A DNA stretch of 59,866 nucleotides, taken from the NCBI RefSeq assembly GCF_003334385.1, contig NZ_QOWN01000029.1; one strand, written 5' to 3'. Origin of the DNA: Escherichia coli (lineage in GTDB: Bacteria; Pseudomonadota; Gammaproteobacteria; Enterobacterales; Enterobacteriaceae). Positions 1-11,606 of this stretch are shown one piece after another. The notes beneath the pieces are model-generated. The model saw only the letters and a list, made by a program, of their open reading frames with translations, was not told the DNA's origin and did no database searches. The stretch's first letter is position 1; each line of letters starts with the position of its first letter. The position numbers were made by a program, and so were the translations under genes.

Positions 1-97
1 TTATCGTGAGAGTAATTCATCGGCACGTTAAATCATATCAGGCGTAATACCACAACCCTTAAGTTAGCGCTTATGGGGTTTTTCCCCACCGTTCAGG

Positions 98-431
98 GTG
101 TTCCCCGCGCCAGCGGGGATAAACCGGTCATCACGATGAATCAAAATTTCGCCCGGCTGTGTTCCCCGCGCCAGCGGGGATAAACCGCTTCTCCACCGTT
201 TGGCGAATCGGTGTGAGGGGTGTTCCCCGCGCCAGCGGGGATAAACCGAATCTATTGTGAATTTGAAATGGTCCAGCACTGTGTTCCCCGCGCCAGCGGG
301 GATAAACCGGGTAAAAACACGGTCTGAACCGACATTCATGTGTGTTCCCCGCGTCAGCGGGGATAAACCGGGCGCACTGGATGCGATGATGGATATCACT
401 TGGAGTTCCCCCGCCCCTGCGGTAGAACTCC
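98..431 (+). CRISPR. Type I-E CRISPR array, 6 repeats and 5 spacers (iap-proximal trailer end)
   Basis: 29-nt repeat GTGTTCCCCGCGCCAGCGGGGATAAACCG at 98-126, 159-187, 220-248, 281-309, 342-370 (one C>T), with 32-nt unique spacers; degenerate terminal repeat GAGTTCCCCCGCCCCTGCGGTAGAACTCC at 403-431. Orientation matches crRNA sense on + strand. No cas genes in window. Confidence 0.95.
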
Positions 432-452
432 CAGCTCCCATTTTCAAACCCA

Positions 453-1490
453 TCAAGACGCCTTCGCCAGCTCCTTCACCAACGGTAGCATTATCCGCAT
501 AACGTCACGGCAGCGACGTTCTATTCTTCCAGGAAGTGCCTTATCAATATGCTGTTGATTATCCAGTCTTACGTCATGCCAGCTATTTCCCGCAGGGAAT
601 GCGGCTGTTTTTGCGCGTTGCTGATAACCATCCTTATTCCCAAGATTCCAGTTAGTCGCTTCCACCGAAAGTACAGCAATGCCCGCTTTGTCGAATATTT
701 CTGCGTCATTACAACACCCAGTGCCTTTCGGATAATTTTTATTCAAACCCGGATTGGTCGTTGCGGCTATTCCGTGACTGCGCGCAATTGCCAGCGCCCT
801 GTCGCGCGTTAATTTCCTTACTGCTTCAGGGGTTTTTACACCGCTGTTGAAATACAATTTATCGCCAACAATTAAGTTATCGAGATTAATCACCAGCAGC
901 GTATTTTTCTTTTCGGTGTCACTCATCCGCTTGAGTAAATTCTCAGCGCCTAATTTCCCTTCCTCTTCGCCGCTGGTCGCCACAAATCGAATACCATACT
1001 CGGTAGGCGTATTTTTCAGGCGTTCTGCCAATTCCAGCATGACACCTAAACCTGCGGCGTTATCATCCATTCCTTGTAACGTCAGCCCGCCGAGATTGGC
1101 ATCGGCGTCAGCATCGCTCAGCGGGGCGTAAGTATCCAGATGCGCCATAATGATGATCTGCTGCGGCGCTTTGCCTTCATGAGCGGCAATCACCGTACTT
1201 CCTGTCACGTTATGCCAGTTCTTGCGATTATCGCGGGCGGTATAAATATACCGACTATTAAATGTCCGAATATCACTGCGATAACCCATTTGCTGAAACT
1301 GTTGGCGAATATAATCGGCAGATAACATTTCTGCTGGAGTTCCGGTCATGCGTCCCGGAAAGAAAGTAGCAATATGTCGTGCCTGGGTATTAGCAAAATC
1401 GCCAGGTTTAGGTGACGAGGCGTGTACGGGGAGAATAAAGCATACGCCGAGCGCTAGGGCAGCGGTACGGTGGCGCAATGCGGAAAACAT
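453..1490 (-). CDS. iap: Alkaline phosphatase isozyme conversion aminopeptidase
   Basis: 345-aa ORF with signal-peptide-like N-terminus and M28-peptidase-like sequence; classic position convergent with the CRISPR array. Confidence 0.9.
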   Translation of the reverse strand: MFSALRHRTAALALGVCFILPVHASSPKPGDFANTQARHIATFFPGRMTGTPAEMLSADYIRQQFQQMGYRSDIRTFNSRYIYTARDNRKNWHNVTGSTVIAAHEGKAPQQIIIMAHLDTYAPLSDADADANLGGLTLQGMDDNAAGLGVMLELAERLKNTPTEYGIRFVATSGEEEGKLGAENLLKRMSDTEKKNTLLVINLDNLIVGDKLYFNSGVKTPEAVRKLTRDRALAIARSHGIAATTNPGLNKNYPKGTGCCNDAEIFDKAGIAVLSVEATNWNLGNKDGYQQRAKTAAFPAGNSWHDVRLDNQQHIDKALPGRIERRCRDVMRIMLPLVKELAKAS

Positions 1491-1741
1491 AGTGAGTCCT
1501 TAAATACCATGCAAATTTTTTTACCGCCATAGTATGAAACTGCCGCTGCGCTAAAACAATTTCAAATCTTCCTAAACGCCCGAAATCCGGTGCCTTAAGC
1601 ACTTTTTGATATTAGCTTTGCCAAATCGTTATTCCGTTAAGGAACTACTCATTCTAATTGGTAATTTCATTCGTTCTCTTACGCTCCCTATAGTCGAAAC
1701 ATCTGATGGCAAGAAAATAGCGGTATTGCAAAGGAACGGTT

Positions 1742-2650
1742 ATGGATCAAATACGACTTACTCACCTGCGGCAACTGGAGGCGGAAAGCATCCACATTAT
1801 TCGCGAGGTGGCGGCAGAATTCTCAAATCCGGTGATGCTCTACTCTATCGGTAAAGATTCCAGCGTCATGCTGCATCTGGCGCGCAAGGCGTTTTATCCA
1901 GGTACGCTGCCTTTCCCGTTGCTGCATGTCGATACCGGCTGGAAATTCCGCGAGATGTATGAGTTCCGCGATCGTACGGCGAAAGCCTACGGCTGCGAGC
2001 TGCTGGTGCATAAAAACCCGGAAGGCGTGGCGATGGGGATTAATCCATTCGTGCACGGCAGCGCGAAACATACCGATATTATGAAAACTGAAGGCCTGAA
2101 ACAGGCGCTGAACAAATACGGTTTTGATGCCGCCTTCGGTGGTGCGCGCCGTGACGAAGAGAAATCCCGCGCTAAAGAGCGAATCTACTCTTTCCGTGAC
2201 CGCTTCCATCGCTGGGATCCGAAAAATCAGCGCCCAGAGCTGTGGCACAACTACAACGGGCAAATTAACAAAGGCGAAAGCATCCGCGTCTTCCCGCTCT
2301 CTAACTGGACCGAGCAGGATATCTGGCAATACATCTGGCTGGAAAATATCGACATTGTGCCGCTGTATCTCGCTGCGGAACGTCCGGTTCTGGAACGCGA
2401 CGGTATGTTGATGATGATTGATGACAACCGTATCGACCTGCAACCGGGCGAAGTGATTAAAAAACGGATGGTGCGTTTCCGTACGCTGGGCTGCTGGCCG
2501 CTGACCGGTGCGGTGGAGTCAAATGCACAAACACTACCGGAGATCATCGAAGAGATGCTGGTTTCTACCACCAGTGAACGTCAGGGCCGCGTGATTGACC
2601 GCGACCAGGCGGGGTCTATGGAGCTGAAAAAACGTCAGGGGTATTTTTAA
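1742..2650 (+). CDS. cysD: Sulfate adenylyltransferase subunit 2
   Basis: 302-aa ORF, PAPS-reductase-like fold motif SIGKDSSV; immediately upstream of cysN. Confidence 0.95.
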   Translation: MDQIRLTHLRQLEAESIHIIREVAAEFSNPVMLYSIGKDSSVMLHLARKAFYPGTLPFPLLHVDTGWKFREMYEFRDRTAKAYGCELLVHKNPEGVAMGINPFVHGSAKHTDIMKTEGLKQALNKYGFDAAFGGARRDEEKSRAKERIYSFRDRFHRWDPKNQRPELWHNYNGQINKGESIRVFPLSNWTEQDIWQYIWLENIDIVPLYLAAERPVLERDGMLMMIDDNRIDLQPGEVIKKRMVRFRTLGCWPLTGAVESNAQTLPEIIEEMLVSTTSERQGRVIDRDQAGSMELKKRQGYF

Positions 2651-2651
2651 G

Positions 2652-4079
2652 ATGAACACCGCACTTGCACAACAAATCGCCAATGAAGGCGGCGTCGAAG
2701 CCTGGATGATTGCGCAACAACATAAAAGCCTGCTGCGTTTTCTGACCTGTGGTAGCGTCGATGACGGCAAAAGTACCCTGATTGGTCGCCTGCTGCACGA
2801 TACCCGCCAAATCTACGAAGATCAGCTCTCATCGCTGCATAACGACAGTAAACGTCACGGCACCCAGGGCGAAAAGCTGGATCTGGCACTGCTGGTGGAC
2901 GGCCTGCAAGCTGAGCGCGAACAGGGCATCACCATTGACGTGGCTTACCGCTATTTCTCTACCGAGAAGCGTAAATTTATTATCGCCGACACCCCAGGGC
3001 ACGAGCAGTACACCCGCAATATGGCGACTGGCGCATCGACATGTGAACTGGCGATCTTACTGATCGATGCCCGTAAAGGCGTGCTCGATCAAACCCGTCG
3101 TCACAGTTTTATCTCCACACTGTTGGGGATCAAACATCTGGTCGTGGCGATCAACAAAATGGATCTGGTGGATTACAGTGAAAAGACGTTCACCCGTATT
3201 CGTGAAGATTATCTGACCTTTGCCGGGCAGCTGCCGGGTAATCTGGATATCCGCTTTGTGCCGCTCTCTGCACTGGAAGGCGACAACGTGGCTTCGCAAA
3301 GTGAAAGTATGGCGTGGTACAGCGGTCCAACACTGCTCGAAGTGCTGGAAACCGTGGAGATCCAGCGAGTGGTGGATGCTCAGCCAATGCGCTTCCCGGT
3401 GCAGTACGTTAATCGCCCGAATCTCGATTTTCGTGGTTACGCCGGAACGCTGGCATCCGGTCGCGTAGAAGTCGGGCAACGAGTCAAAGTGCTGCCCTCT
3501 GGTGTGGAATCAAACGTCGCCCGGATCGTGACTTTTGATGGCGATCGCGAAGAAGCCTTTGCCGGAGAAGCGATCACCCTGGTGCTGACGGATGAGATCG
3601 ACATCAGCCGTGGCGATCTGCTGCTGGCGGCAGACGAAGCGTTACCAGCTGTGCAGAGCGCGTCGGTGGATGTGGTATGGATGGCGGAACAGCCGCTTTC
3701 CCCGGGCCAGAGTTATGACATCAAAATTGCCGGTAAGAAGACGCGTGCTCGTGTTGATGGCATTCGTTATCAGGTTGATATTAATAACCTTACCCAACGC
3801 GAAGTTGAAAACCTGCCGCTGAACGGCATCGGCCTGGTGGATCTCACTTTTGACGAGCCACTGGTGTTAGATCGTTATCAGCAAAACCCGGTTACCGGTG
3901 GGCTGATTTTTATCGATCGCCTGAGCAATGTGACCGTAGGTGCCGGTATGGTGCATGAGCCAGTTAGCCAGGCAACTGCTGCGCCATCTGAATTTAGTGC
4001 ATTCGAACTGGAATTGAATGCCCTGGTTCGCCGCCACTTTCCACACTGGGGCGCGCGCGATTTGCTGGGGGATAAATAA
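2652..4079 (+). CDS. cysN: Sulfate adenylyltransferase subunit 1 (GTPase)
   Basis: 475-aa ORF with GTP-binding motifs ([18 protein letters not shown]); start 2 nt after cysD stop. Confidence 0.95.
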   Translation: MNTALAQQIANEGGVEAWMIAQQHKSLLRFLTCGSVDDGKSTLIGRLLHDTRQIYEDQLSSLHNDSKRHGTQGEKLDLALLVDGLQAEREQGITIDVAYRYFSTEKRKFIIADTPGHEQYTRNMATGASTCELAILLIDARKGVLDQTRRHSFISTLLGIKHLVVAINKMDLVDYSEKTFTRIREDYLTFAGQLPGNLDIRFVPLSALEGDNVASQSESMAWYSGPTLLEVLETVEIQRVVDAQPMRFPVQYVNRPNLDFRGYAGTLASGRVEVGQRVKVLPSGVESNVARIVTFDGDREEAFAGEAITLVLTDEIDISRGDLLLAADEALPAVQSASVDVVWMAEQPLSPGQSYDIKIAGKKTRARVDGIRYQVDINNLTQREVENLPLNGIGLVDLTFDEPLVLDRYQQNPVTGGLIFIDRLSNVTVGAGMVHEPVSQATAAPSEFSAFELELNALVRRHFPHWGARDLLGDK

Positions 4080-4684
4080 TGGCGCTGCATGACGAAAACG
4101 TCGTCTGGCATAGCCATCCGGTCACTGTGCAACAACGCGAGCTACACCACGGTCATCGTGGTGTAGTGCTGTGGTTTACCGGCCTCTCCGGGTCCGGTAA
4201 ATCAACGGTCGCCGGGGCGCTGGAGGAGGCGTTACATAAACTCGGCGTCAGTACGTATCTGCTGGATGGCGATAATGTTCGCCACGGATTATGCAGCGAT
4301 CTCGGTTTTAGCGATGCCGATCGTAAAGAGAATATCCGTCGCGTCGGTGAAGTGGCGAATTTGATGGTTGAAGCCGGACTGGTGGTGCTGACCGCATTTA
4401 TCTCGCCACACCGCGCCGAACGCCAGATGGTTCGTGAACGCGTAGGAGAAGGGCGCTTTATCGAAGTGTTTGTCGATACGCCGCTGGCGATTTGCGAAGC
4501 CCGCGATCCAAAAGGCTTATATAAGAAAGCGCGTGCCGGTGAACTGCGCTACTTTACGGGAATAGATTCCGTTTACGAAGCGCCTGAATCGGCAGAAATT
4601 CATCTCAATGGTGAACAATTAGTAACAAATTTGGTACAGCAATTATTAGATCTGTTGAGACAGAACGATATTATCAGATCCTGA
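4079..4684 (+). CDS. cysC: Adenylylsulfate (APS) kinase
   Basis: 201-aa ORF with P-loop GLSGSGKST; start overlaps cysN stop (TAATG). Confidence 0.95.
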   Translation: MALHDENVVWHSHPVTVQQRELHHGHRGVVLWFTGLSGSGKSTVAGALEEALHKLGVSTYLLDGDNVRHGLCSDLGFSDADRKENIRRVGEVANLMVEAGLVVLTAFISPHRAERQMVRERVGEGRFIEVFVDTPLAICEARDPKGLYKKARAGELRYFTGIDSVYEAPESAEIHLNGEQLVTNLVQQLLDLLRQNDIIRS

Positions 4685-4733
4685 GACACCACCGGGTTTC
4701 CATGCCCGGTTCGTCAAAGTAACAGGATCAAAT

Positions 4734-5057
4734 ATGCGTAATAGCCATAACATTACACTAACAAATAACGACAGCCTTACTGAGGATGAAGAAACCACAT
4801 GGTCACTGCCTGGTGCCGTGGTCGGTTTTATCTCCTGGTTATTTGCGCTGGCGATGCCGATGTTGATTTATGGCTCTAACACGCTGTTCTTCTTTATCTA
4901 CACCTGGCCTTTCTTTCTTGCGCTGATGCCCGTCGCGGTAGTGGTGGGGATTGCGCTGCATTCATTGATGGACGGAAAGCTACGCTACAGTATTGTTTTC
5001 ACCCTGGTGACAGTAGGCATTATGTTTGGCGCACTGTTTATGTGGCTACTGGGCTAA
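4734..5057 (+). CDS. ygbE: Inner membrane protein YgbE (DUF3561)
   Basis: 107-aa hydrophobic ORF with 3 predicted TM segments, conserved position between cysC and ftsB. Confidence 0.8.
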   Translation: MRNSHNITLTNNDSLTEDEETTWSLPGAVVGFISWLFALAMPMLIYGSNTLFFFIYTWPFFLALMPVAVVVGIALHSLMDGKLRYSIVFTLVTVGIMFGALFMWLLG

Positions 5058-5250
5058 TTTGTACTTTCCCGTCTCCTCTGTTCATAATTCAAACCGTAAC
5101 TAATAATGAGATTATGTTCTGCACGCCCTGGGTATACGTAACAATGGACAAATGTGGTACATTTGCCCGCGTTGTCGCGGTATCCCCAACAGAGGATGTA
5201 GAGTCGTCTTCGGATGCATGGGATGATGATGCCGTTTTTCAGGGGGCAGG

Positions 5251-5562
5251 ATGGGTAAACTAACGCTGCTGTTGCTGGCTATTCTGGTCTGGCTACAGTA
5301 TTCGCTGTGGTTCGGTAAGAACGGTATACATGACTATACCCGCGTCAATGATGATGTGGCGGCACAGCAAGCTACAAACGCGAAACTTAAAGCGCGAAAC
5401 GATCAACTTTTTGCCGAAATTGACGATCTCAATGGCGGCCAGGAGGCGCTCGAAGAGCGTGCGCGTAATGAACTCAGCATGACCAGGCCGGGCGAAACTT
5501 TTTATCGTCTGGTGCCTGACGCGTCGAAGCGCGCACAGTCTGCGGGGCAAAACAATCGATAA
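5251..5562 (+). CDS. ftsB: Cell division protein FtsB
   Basis: 103-aa ORF, N-terminal TM helix followed by coiled-coil; upstream of ispDF. Confidence 0.9.
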
Positions 5563-5580
5563 ATCAGCCCGGGAATTAAC

Positions 5581-6291
5581 ATGGCAACCACTCATTTGGA
5601 TGTTTGCGCCGTGGTTCCGGCGGCCGGATTTGGCCGTCGAATGCAAACGGAATGTCCTAAGCAATATCTCTCAATCGGTAATCAAACCATTCTTGAACAC
5701 TCGGTGCATGCGCTGCTGGCGCATCCCCGGGTGAAACGAGTCGTCATTGCCATAAGTCCTGGCGATAGCCGTTTTGCACAACTTCCTCTGGCGAATCATC
5801 CGCAAATCACCGTTGTAGATGGCGGTGATGAGCGTGCCGATTCCGTGCTGGCAGGTCTGAAAGCCGCTGGCGACGCGCAGTGGGTATTGGTGCATGACGC
5901 CGCTCGTCCTTGTTTGCATCAGGATGACCTCGCGCGATTGTTGGCGTTGAGCGAAACCAGCCGCACGGGGGGGATCCTCGCCGCACCAGTGCGCGATACT
6001 ATGAAACGTGCCGAACCGGGCAAAAATGCCATTGCTCATACCGTTGATCGCAACGGCTTATGGCACGCGCTGACGCCGCAATTTTTCCCTCGTGAGCTGT
6101 TACATGACTGTCTGACGCGCGCTCTAAATGAAGGCGCGACTATTACCGACGAAGCCTCGGCGCTGGAATATTGCGGATTCCATCCTCAGTTGGTCGAAGG
6201 CCGTGCGGATAACATTAAAGTCACGCGCCCGGAAGATTTGGCACTGGCCGAGTTTTACCTCACCCGAACCATCCATCAGGAGAATACATAA
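5581..6291 (+). CDS. ispD: 2-C-methyl-D-erythritol 4-phosphate cytidylyltransferase
   Basis: 236-aa ORF, N-terminal PAAGFGRRM nucleotidyltransferase motif. Confidence 0.95.
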
Positions 6292-6770
6292 TGCGAATTG
6301 GACACGGTTTTGACGTACATGCCTTTGGCGGTGAAGGCCCAATTATCATTGGTGGCGTACGCATTCCTTACGAAAAAGGATTGCTGGCGCATTCTGATGG
6401 CGACGTGGCGCTCCATGCGTTGACCGATGCATTGCTTGGCGCGGCGGCGCTGGGGGATATCGGCAAGCTGTTCCCGGATACCGATCCGGCATTTAAAGGT
6501 GCCGATAGCCGCGAGCTGCTACGCGAAGCCTGGCGTCGTATTCAGGCGAAGGGTTATACCCTTGGCAACGTCGATGTCACTATCATCGCTCAGGCACCGA
6601 AGATGTTGCCGCACATTCCACAAATGCGCGTGTTTATTGCCGAAGATCTCGGCTGCCATATGGATGATGTTAACGTGAAAGCCACTACTACGGAAAAACT
6701 GGGATTTACCGGACGTGGGGAAGGGATTGCCTGTGAAGCGGTGGCGCTACTCATTAAGGCAACAAAATGA
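6291..6770 (+). CDS. ispF: 2-C-methyl-D-erythritol 2,4-cyclodiphosphate synthase
   Basis: 159-aa ORF starting [12 protein letters not shown]; start overlaps ispD stop. Confidence 0.95.
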
Positions 6771-7796
6771 TTGAGTTTGATAATCTCACTTACCTCCACG
6801 GTAAACCGCAAGGCACCGGGCTGCTGAAAGCCAATCCGGAAGACTTTGTGGTGGTGGAAGATTTGGGCTTTGAGCCTGATGGTGAAGGTGAGCATATTCT
6901 GGTTAGAATCCTCAAAAACGGCTGCAATACCCGTTTTGTGGCGGATGCACTGGCGAAATTCCTGAAAATTCATGCCCGTGAAGTCAGCTTCGCTGGGCAA
7001 AAAGACAAACATGCTGTTACGGAACAGTGGTTATGCGCTCGCGTGCCGGGCAAGGAAATGCCCGATCTGAGCGCCTTTCAACTGGAAGGCTGCCAGGTGC
7101 TGGAGTATGCGCGGCACAAGCGCAAGCTGCGTTTAGGGGCGCTGAAAGGAAACGCCTTTACCCTGGTTCTGCGCGAAGTGAGCAATCGCGATGACGTTGA
7201 ACAACGTCTGAACGATATTTGCGTAAAAGGTGTACCGAACTACTTCGGTGCCCAACGTTTTGGGATTGGCGGTAGCAACTTGCAGGGGGCGCAGCGCTGG
7301 GCGCAAACCAATACTCCGGTGCGCGATCGCAATAAACGGAGTTTTTGGTTGTCGGCAGCCCGCAGTGCGTTGTTTAATCAGATTGTTGCTGAGCGCCTCA
7401 AAAAAGCAGACGTTAATCAAGTTGTTGACGGCGATGCGCTACAATTAGCCGGACGTGGTAGCTGGTTTGTCGCAACCACCGAAGAACTGGCGGAATTACA
7501 GCGTCGCGTTAACGATAAAGAGCTGATGATAACCGCCGCATTGCCGGGCAGTGGCGAATGGGGAACTCAGCGTGAAGCGCTGGCATTCGAACAAGCAGCT
7601 GTCGCCGCAGAAACTGAATTACAAGCTTTACTGGTGCGCGAAAAAGTTGAAGCCGCGCGCAGAGCGATGCTGCTGTATCCGCAACAATTAAGCTGGAATT
7701 GGTGGGATGACGTCACCGTAGAGATCCGTTTCTGGCTTCCGGCGGGTAGTTTTGCAACCAGCGTTGTCAGGGAACTTATCAACACAACAGGTGATT

Positions 7797-7816
<20 letters not shown>
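6767..7816 (+). CDS. truD: tRNA pseudouridine(13) synthase
   Basis: 349-aa ORF, overlaps ispF stop (ATGA). Confidence 0.9.
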
Positions 7817-9178
<1,362 letters not shown>

Positions 9179-9317
9179 AACGTGAGGAAATACCTGGATT
9201 TTTCCTGGTTATTTTGCCGCAGGTCAGCGTATCGTGAACATCTTTTCCAGTGTTCAGTAGGGTGCCTTGCACGGTAATTATGTCACTGGTTATTAACCAA
9301 TTTTTCCTGGGGGATAA

Positions 9318-10457
9318 ATGAGCGCGGGAAGCCCAAAATTCACCGTTCGCCGCATTGCGGCTTTGTCACTGGTTTCGCTATGGCTGGCAGGCTGTTCTGA
9401 CACTTCAAATCCACCGGCACCGGTCAGCTCCGTTAATGGCAATGCGCCTGCAAATACTAATTCTGGTATGTTGATTACGCCGCCGCCGAAAATGGGGACG
9501 ACGTCTACAGCGCAGCAACCGCAAATTCAGCCGGTACAGCAGCCACAAATTCAGGCTACTCAACAACCGCAAATCCAGCCAGTGCAGCCAGTAGCTCAGC
9601 AGCCGGTACAGATGGAAAACGGACGCATCGTCTATAACCGTCAGTATGGGAACATTCCGAAAGGCAGTTATAGCGGCAGTACCTATACCGTGAAAAAAGG
9701 CGACACACTTTTCTATATCGCCTGGATTACTGGCAACGATTTCCGTGACCTTGCTCAGCGCAACAATATTCAGGCACCATACGCGCTGAACGTTGGTCAG
9801 ACCTTGCAGGTGGGTAATGCTTCCGGTACGCCAATCACTGGCGGAAATGCCATTACCCAGGCCGACGCAGCAGAGCAAGGAGTTGTGATCAAGCCTGCAC
9901 AAAATTCCACCGTTGCTGTTGCGTCGCAACCGACAATTACGTATTCTGAATCTTCGGGTGAACAGAGTGCTAACAAAATGTTGCCGAACAACAAGCCAGC
10001 TGCGACCACGGTCACAGCGCCTGTAACGGTACCAACAGCAAGCACAACCGAGCCAACTGTCAGCAGTACATCAACCAGTACGCCTATCTCCACCTGGCGC
10101 TGGCCGACTGAGGGCAAAGTGATCGAAACCTTTGGCGCTTCTGAGGGGGGCAACAAGGGGATTGATATCGCAGGCAGCAAAGGACAGGCAATTATCGCGA
10201 CCGCAGATGGCCGCGTTGTTTATGCTGGTAACGCGCTGCGCGGCTACGGTAATCTGATTATCATCAAACATAATGATGATTACCTGAGTGCCTACGCCCA
10301 TAACGACACAATGCTGGTCCGGGAACAACAAGAAGTGAAGGCGGGGCAAAAAATAGCAACCATGGGTAGCACCGGAACCAGTTCAACACGCTTGCATTTT
10401 GAAATTCGTTACAAGGGGAAATCCGTAAACCCGCTGCGTTATTTGCCGCAGCGATAA
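9318..10457 (+). CDS. nlpD: Lipoprotein NlpD (LysM / M23 peptidase domain, amidase activator)
   Basis: 379-aa ORF, lipobox LAGCS, proline/glutamine-rich repeats (QQPQIQP x4), LysM and C-terminal M23 domain. Confidence 0.95.
   Translation: MSAGSPKFTVRRIAALSLVSLWLAGCSDTSNPPAPVSSVNGNAPANTNSGMLITPPPKMGTTSTAQQPQIQPVQQPQIQATQQPQIQPVQPVAQQPVQMENGRIVYNRQYGNIPKGSYSGSTYTVKKGDTLFYIAWITGNDFRDLAQRNNIQAPYALNVGQTLQVGNASGTPITGGNAITQADAAEQGVVIKPAQNSTVAVASQPTITYSESSGEQSANKMLPNNKPAATTVTAPVTVPTASTTEPTVSSTSTSTPISTWRWPTEGKVIETFGASEGGNKGIDIAGSKGQAIIATADGRVVYAGNALRGYGNLIIIKHNDDYLSAYAHNDTMLVREQQEVKAGQKIATMGSTGTSSTRLHFEIRYKGKSVNPLRYLPQR
9919..9954 (+). promoter_or_regulatory. Candidate major rpoS promoter inside nlpD (-35 TTGCGT, 17-bp spacer, -10 TATTCT)
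   Basis: Motif inspection; the predicted start (~9954) lies ~567 nt upstream of the rpoS ATG, matching my recollection of the long rpoS 5' UTR. Not verified. Confidence 0.4.
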
Positions 10458-10519
10458 ATCGGCGGAACCAGGCTTTTGCTTGAATGTTCCGTCAAGGGAT
10501 CACGGGTAGGAGCCACCTT

Positions 10520-11513
10520 ATGAGTCAGAATACGCTGAAAGTTCATGATTTAAATGAAGATGCGGAATTTGATGAGAACGGAGTTGAGGTTTTTGACGAA
10601 AAGGCCTTAGTAGAAGAGGAACCCCAGTGATAACGATTTGGCCGAAGAGGAACTGTTATCGCAGGGAGCCACACAGCGTGTGTTGGACGCGACTCAGCTT
10701 TACCTTGGTGAGATTGGTTATTCACCACTGTTAACGGCCGAAGAAGAAGTTTATTTTGCGCGTCGCGCACTGCGTGGAGATGTCGCCTCTCGCCGCCGGA
10801 TGATCGAGAGTAACTTGCGTCTGGTGGTAAAAATTGCCCGCCGTTATGGCAATCGTGGTCTGGCGTTGCTGGACCTTATCGAAGAGGGCAACCTGGGGCT
10901 GATCCGCGCGGTAGAGAAGTTTGACCCGGAACGTGGTTTCCGCTTCTCAACATACGCAACCTGGTGGATTCGCCAGACGATTGAACGGGCGATTATGAAC
11001 CAAACCCGTACTATTCGTTTGCCGATTCACATCGTAAAGGAGCTGAACGTTTACCTGCGAACCGCACGTGAGTTGTCCCATAAGCTGGACCATGAACCAA
11101 GTGCGGAAGAGATCGCAGAGCAACTGGATAAGCCAGTTGATGACGTCAGCCGTATGCTTCGTCTTAACGAGCGCATTACCTCGGTAGACACCCCGCTGGG
11201 TGGTGATTCCGAAAAAGCGTTGCTGGACATCCTGGCCGATGAAAAAGAGAACGGTCCGGAAGATACCACGCAAGATGACGATATGAAGCAGAGCATCGTC
11301 AAATGGCTGTTCGAGCTGAACGCCAAACAGCGTGAAGTGCTGGCACGTCGATTCGGTTTGCTGGGGTACGAAGCGGCAACACTGGAAGATGTAGGTCGTG
11401 AAATTGGCCTCACCCGTGAACGTGTTCGCCAGATTCAGGTTGAAGGCCTGCGCCGTTTGCGTGAAATCCTGCAAACGCAGGGGCTGAATATCGAAGCGCT
11501 GTTCCGCGAGTAA
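10520..11513 (+). pseudogene. rpoS: RNA polymerase sigma factor RpoS (sigma-S), frameshifted allele
   Basis: ATG at 10520 encodes [10 protein letters not shown]...EEEP then reads CAG TGA (stop at 10628-10630). The rest of RpoS (from ...[14 protein letters not shown] to ...EALFRE) continues in the +1 frame to 11513. The span is 994 nt = 993 + 1, consistent with a single extra C in the run at 10622-10625. Confidence 0.85.
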
Positions 11514-11526
11514 GTAAGCATCTGTC

Positions 11527-11560
11527 AGAAAGGCCAGTCTCAAGCGAGGCTGGCCTTTTC
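11527..11560 (+). terminator. Rho-independent terminator downstream of rpoS
   Basis: GC-rich hairpin AAAGGCCAG...CTGGCCTTTTCTG followed by T-run. Confidence 0.7.
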
Positions 11561-11569
11561 TGTGCACAA

Positions 11570-11600
11570 TAAAAGGTCCGATGCCCATCGGACCTTTTTA
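11570..11600. terminator. Bidirectional hairpin terminator between convergent rpoS and ygbN
   Basis: AAAAGGTCCGATG-CCCATCGGACCTTTTTA: perfect stem flanked by A-run and T-run. Confidence 0.7.
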
Positions 11601-11606
11601 TTAAGG

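Noticed and set aside
1-97. Possible additional degenerate CRISPR repeat or cas remnant upstream of the first repeat
   Set aside because: No segment of 1-97 aligns to the 29-nt repeat on either strand and there is no cas-like ORF; left as unidentified flank rather than called.
64-502. Six-frame ORFs of 130 aa (minus, 64-456) and 81 aa (plus, 257-502) across the array
   Set aside because: They are translations of the CRISPR repeats and spacers (periodic repeated peptide segments), not genes.
5042-5263. 73-aa ORF in the ygbE-ftsB intergenic region
   Set aside because: No RBS, overlaps the ends of both flanking genes, and the region is better explained as the ftsB promoter and 5' UTR.
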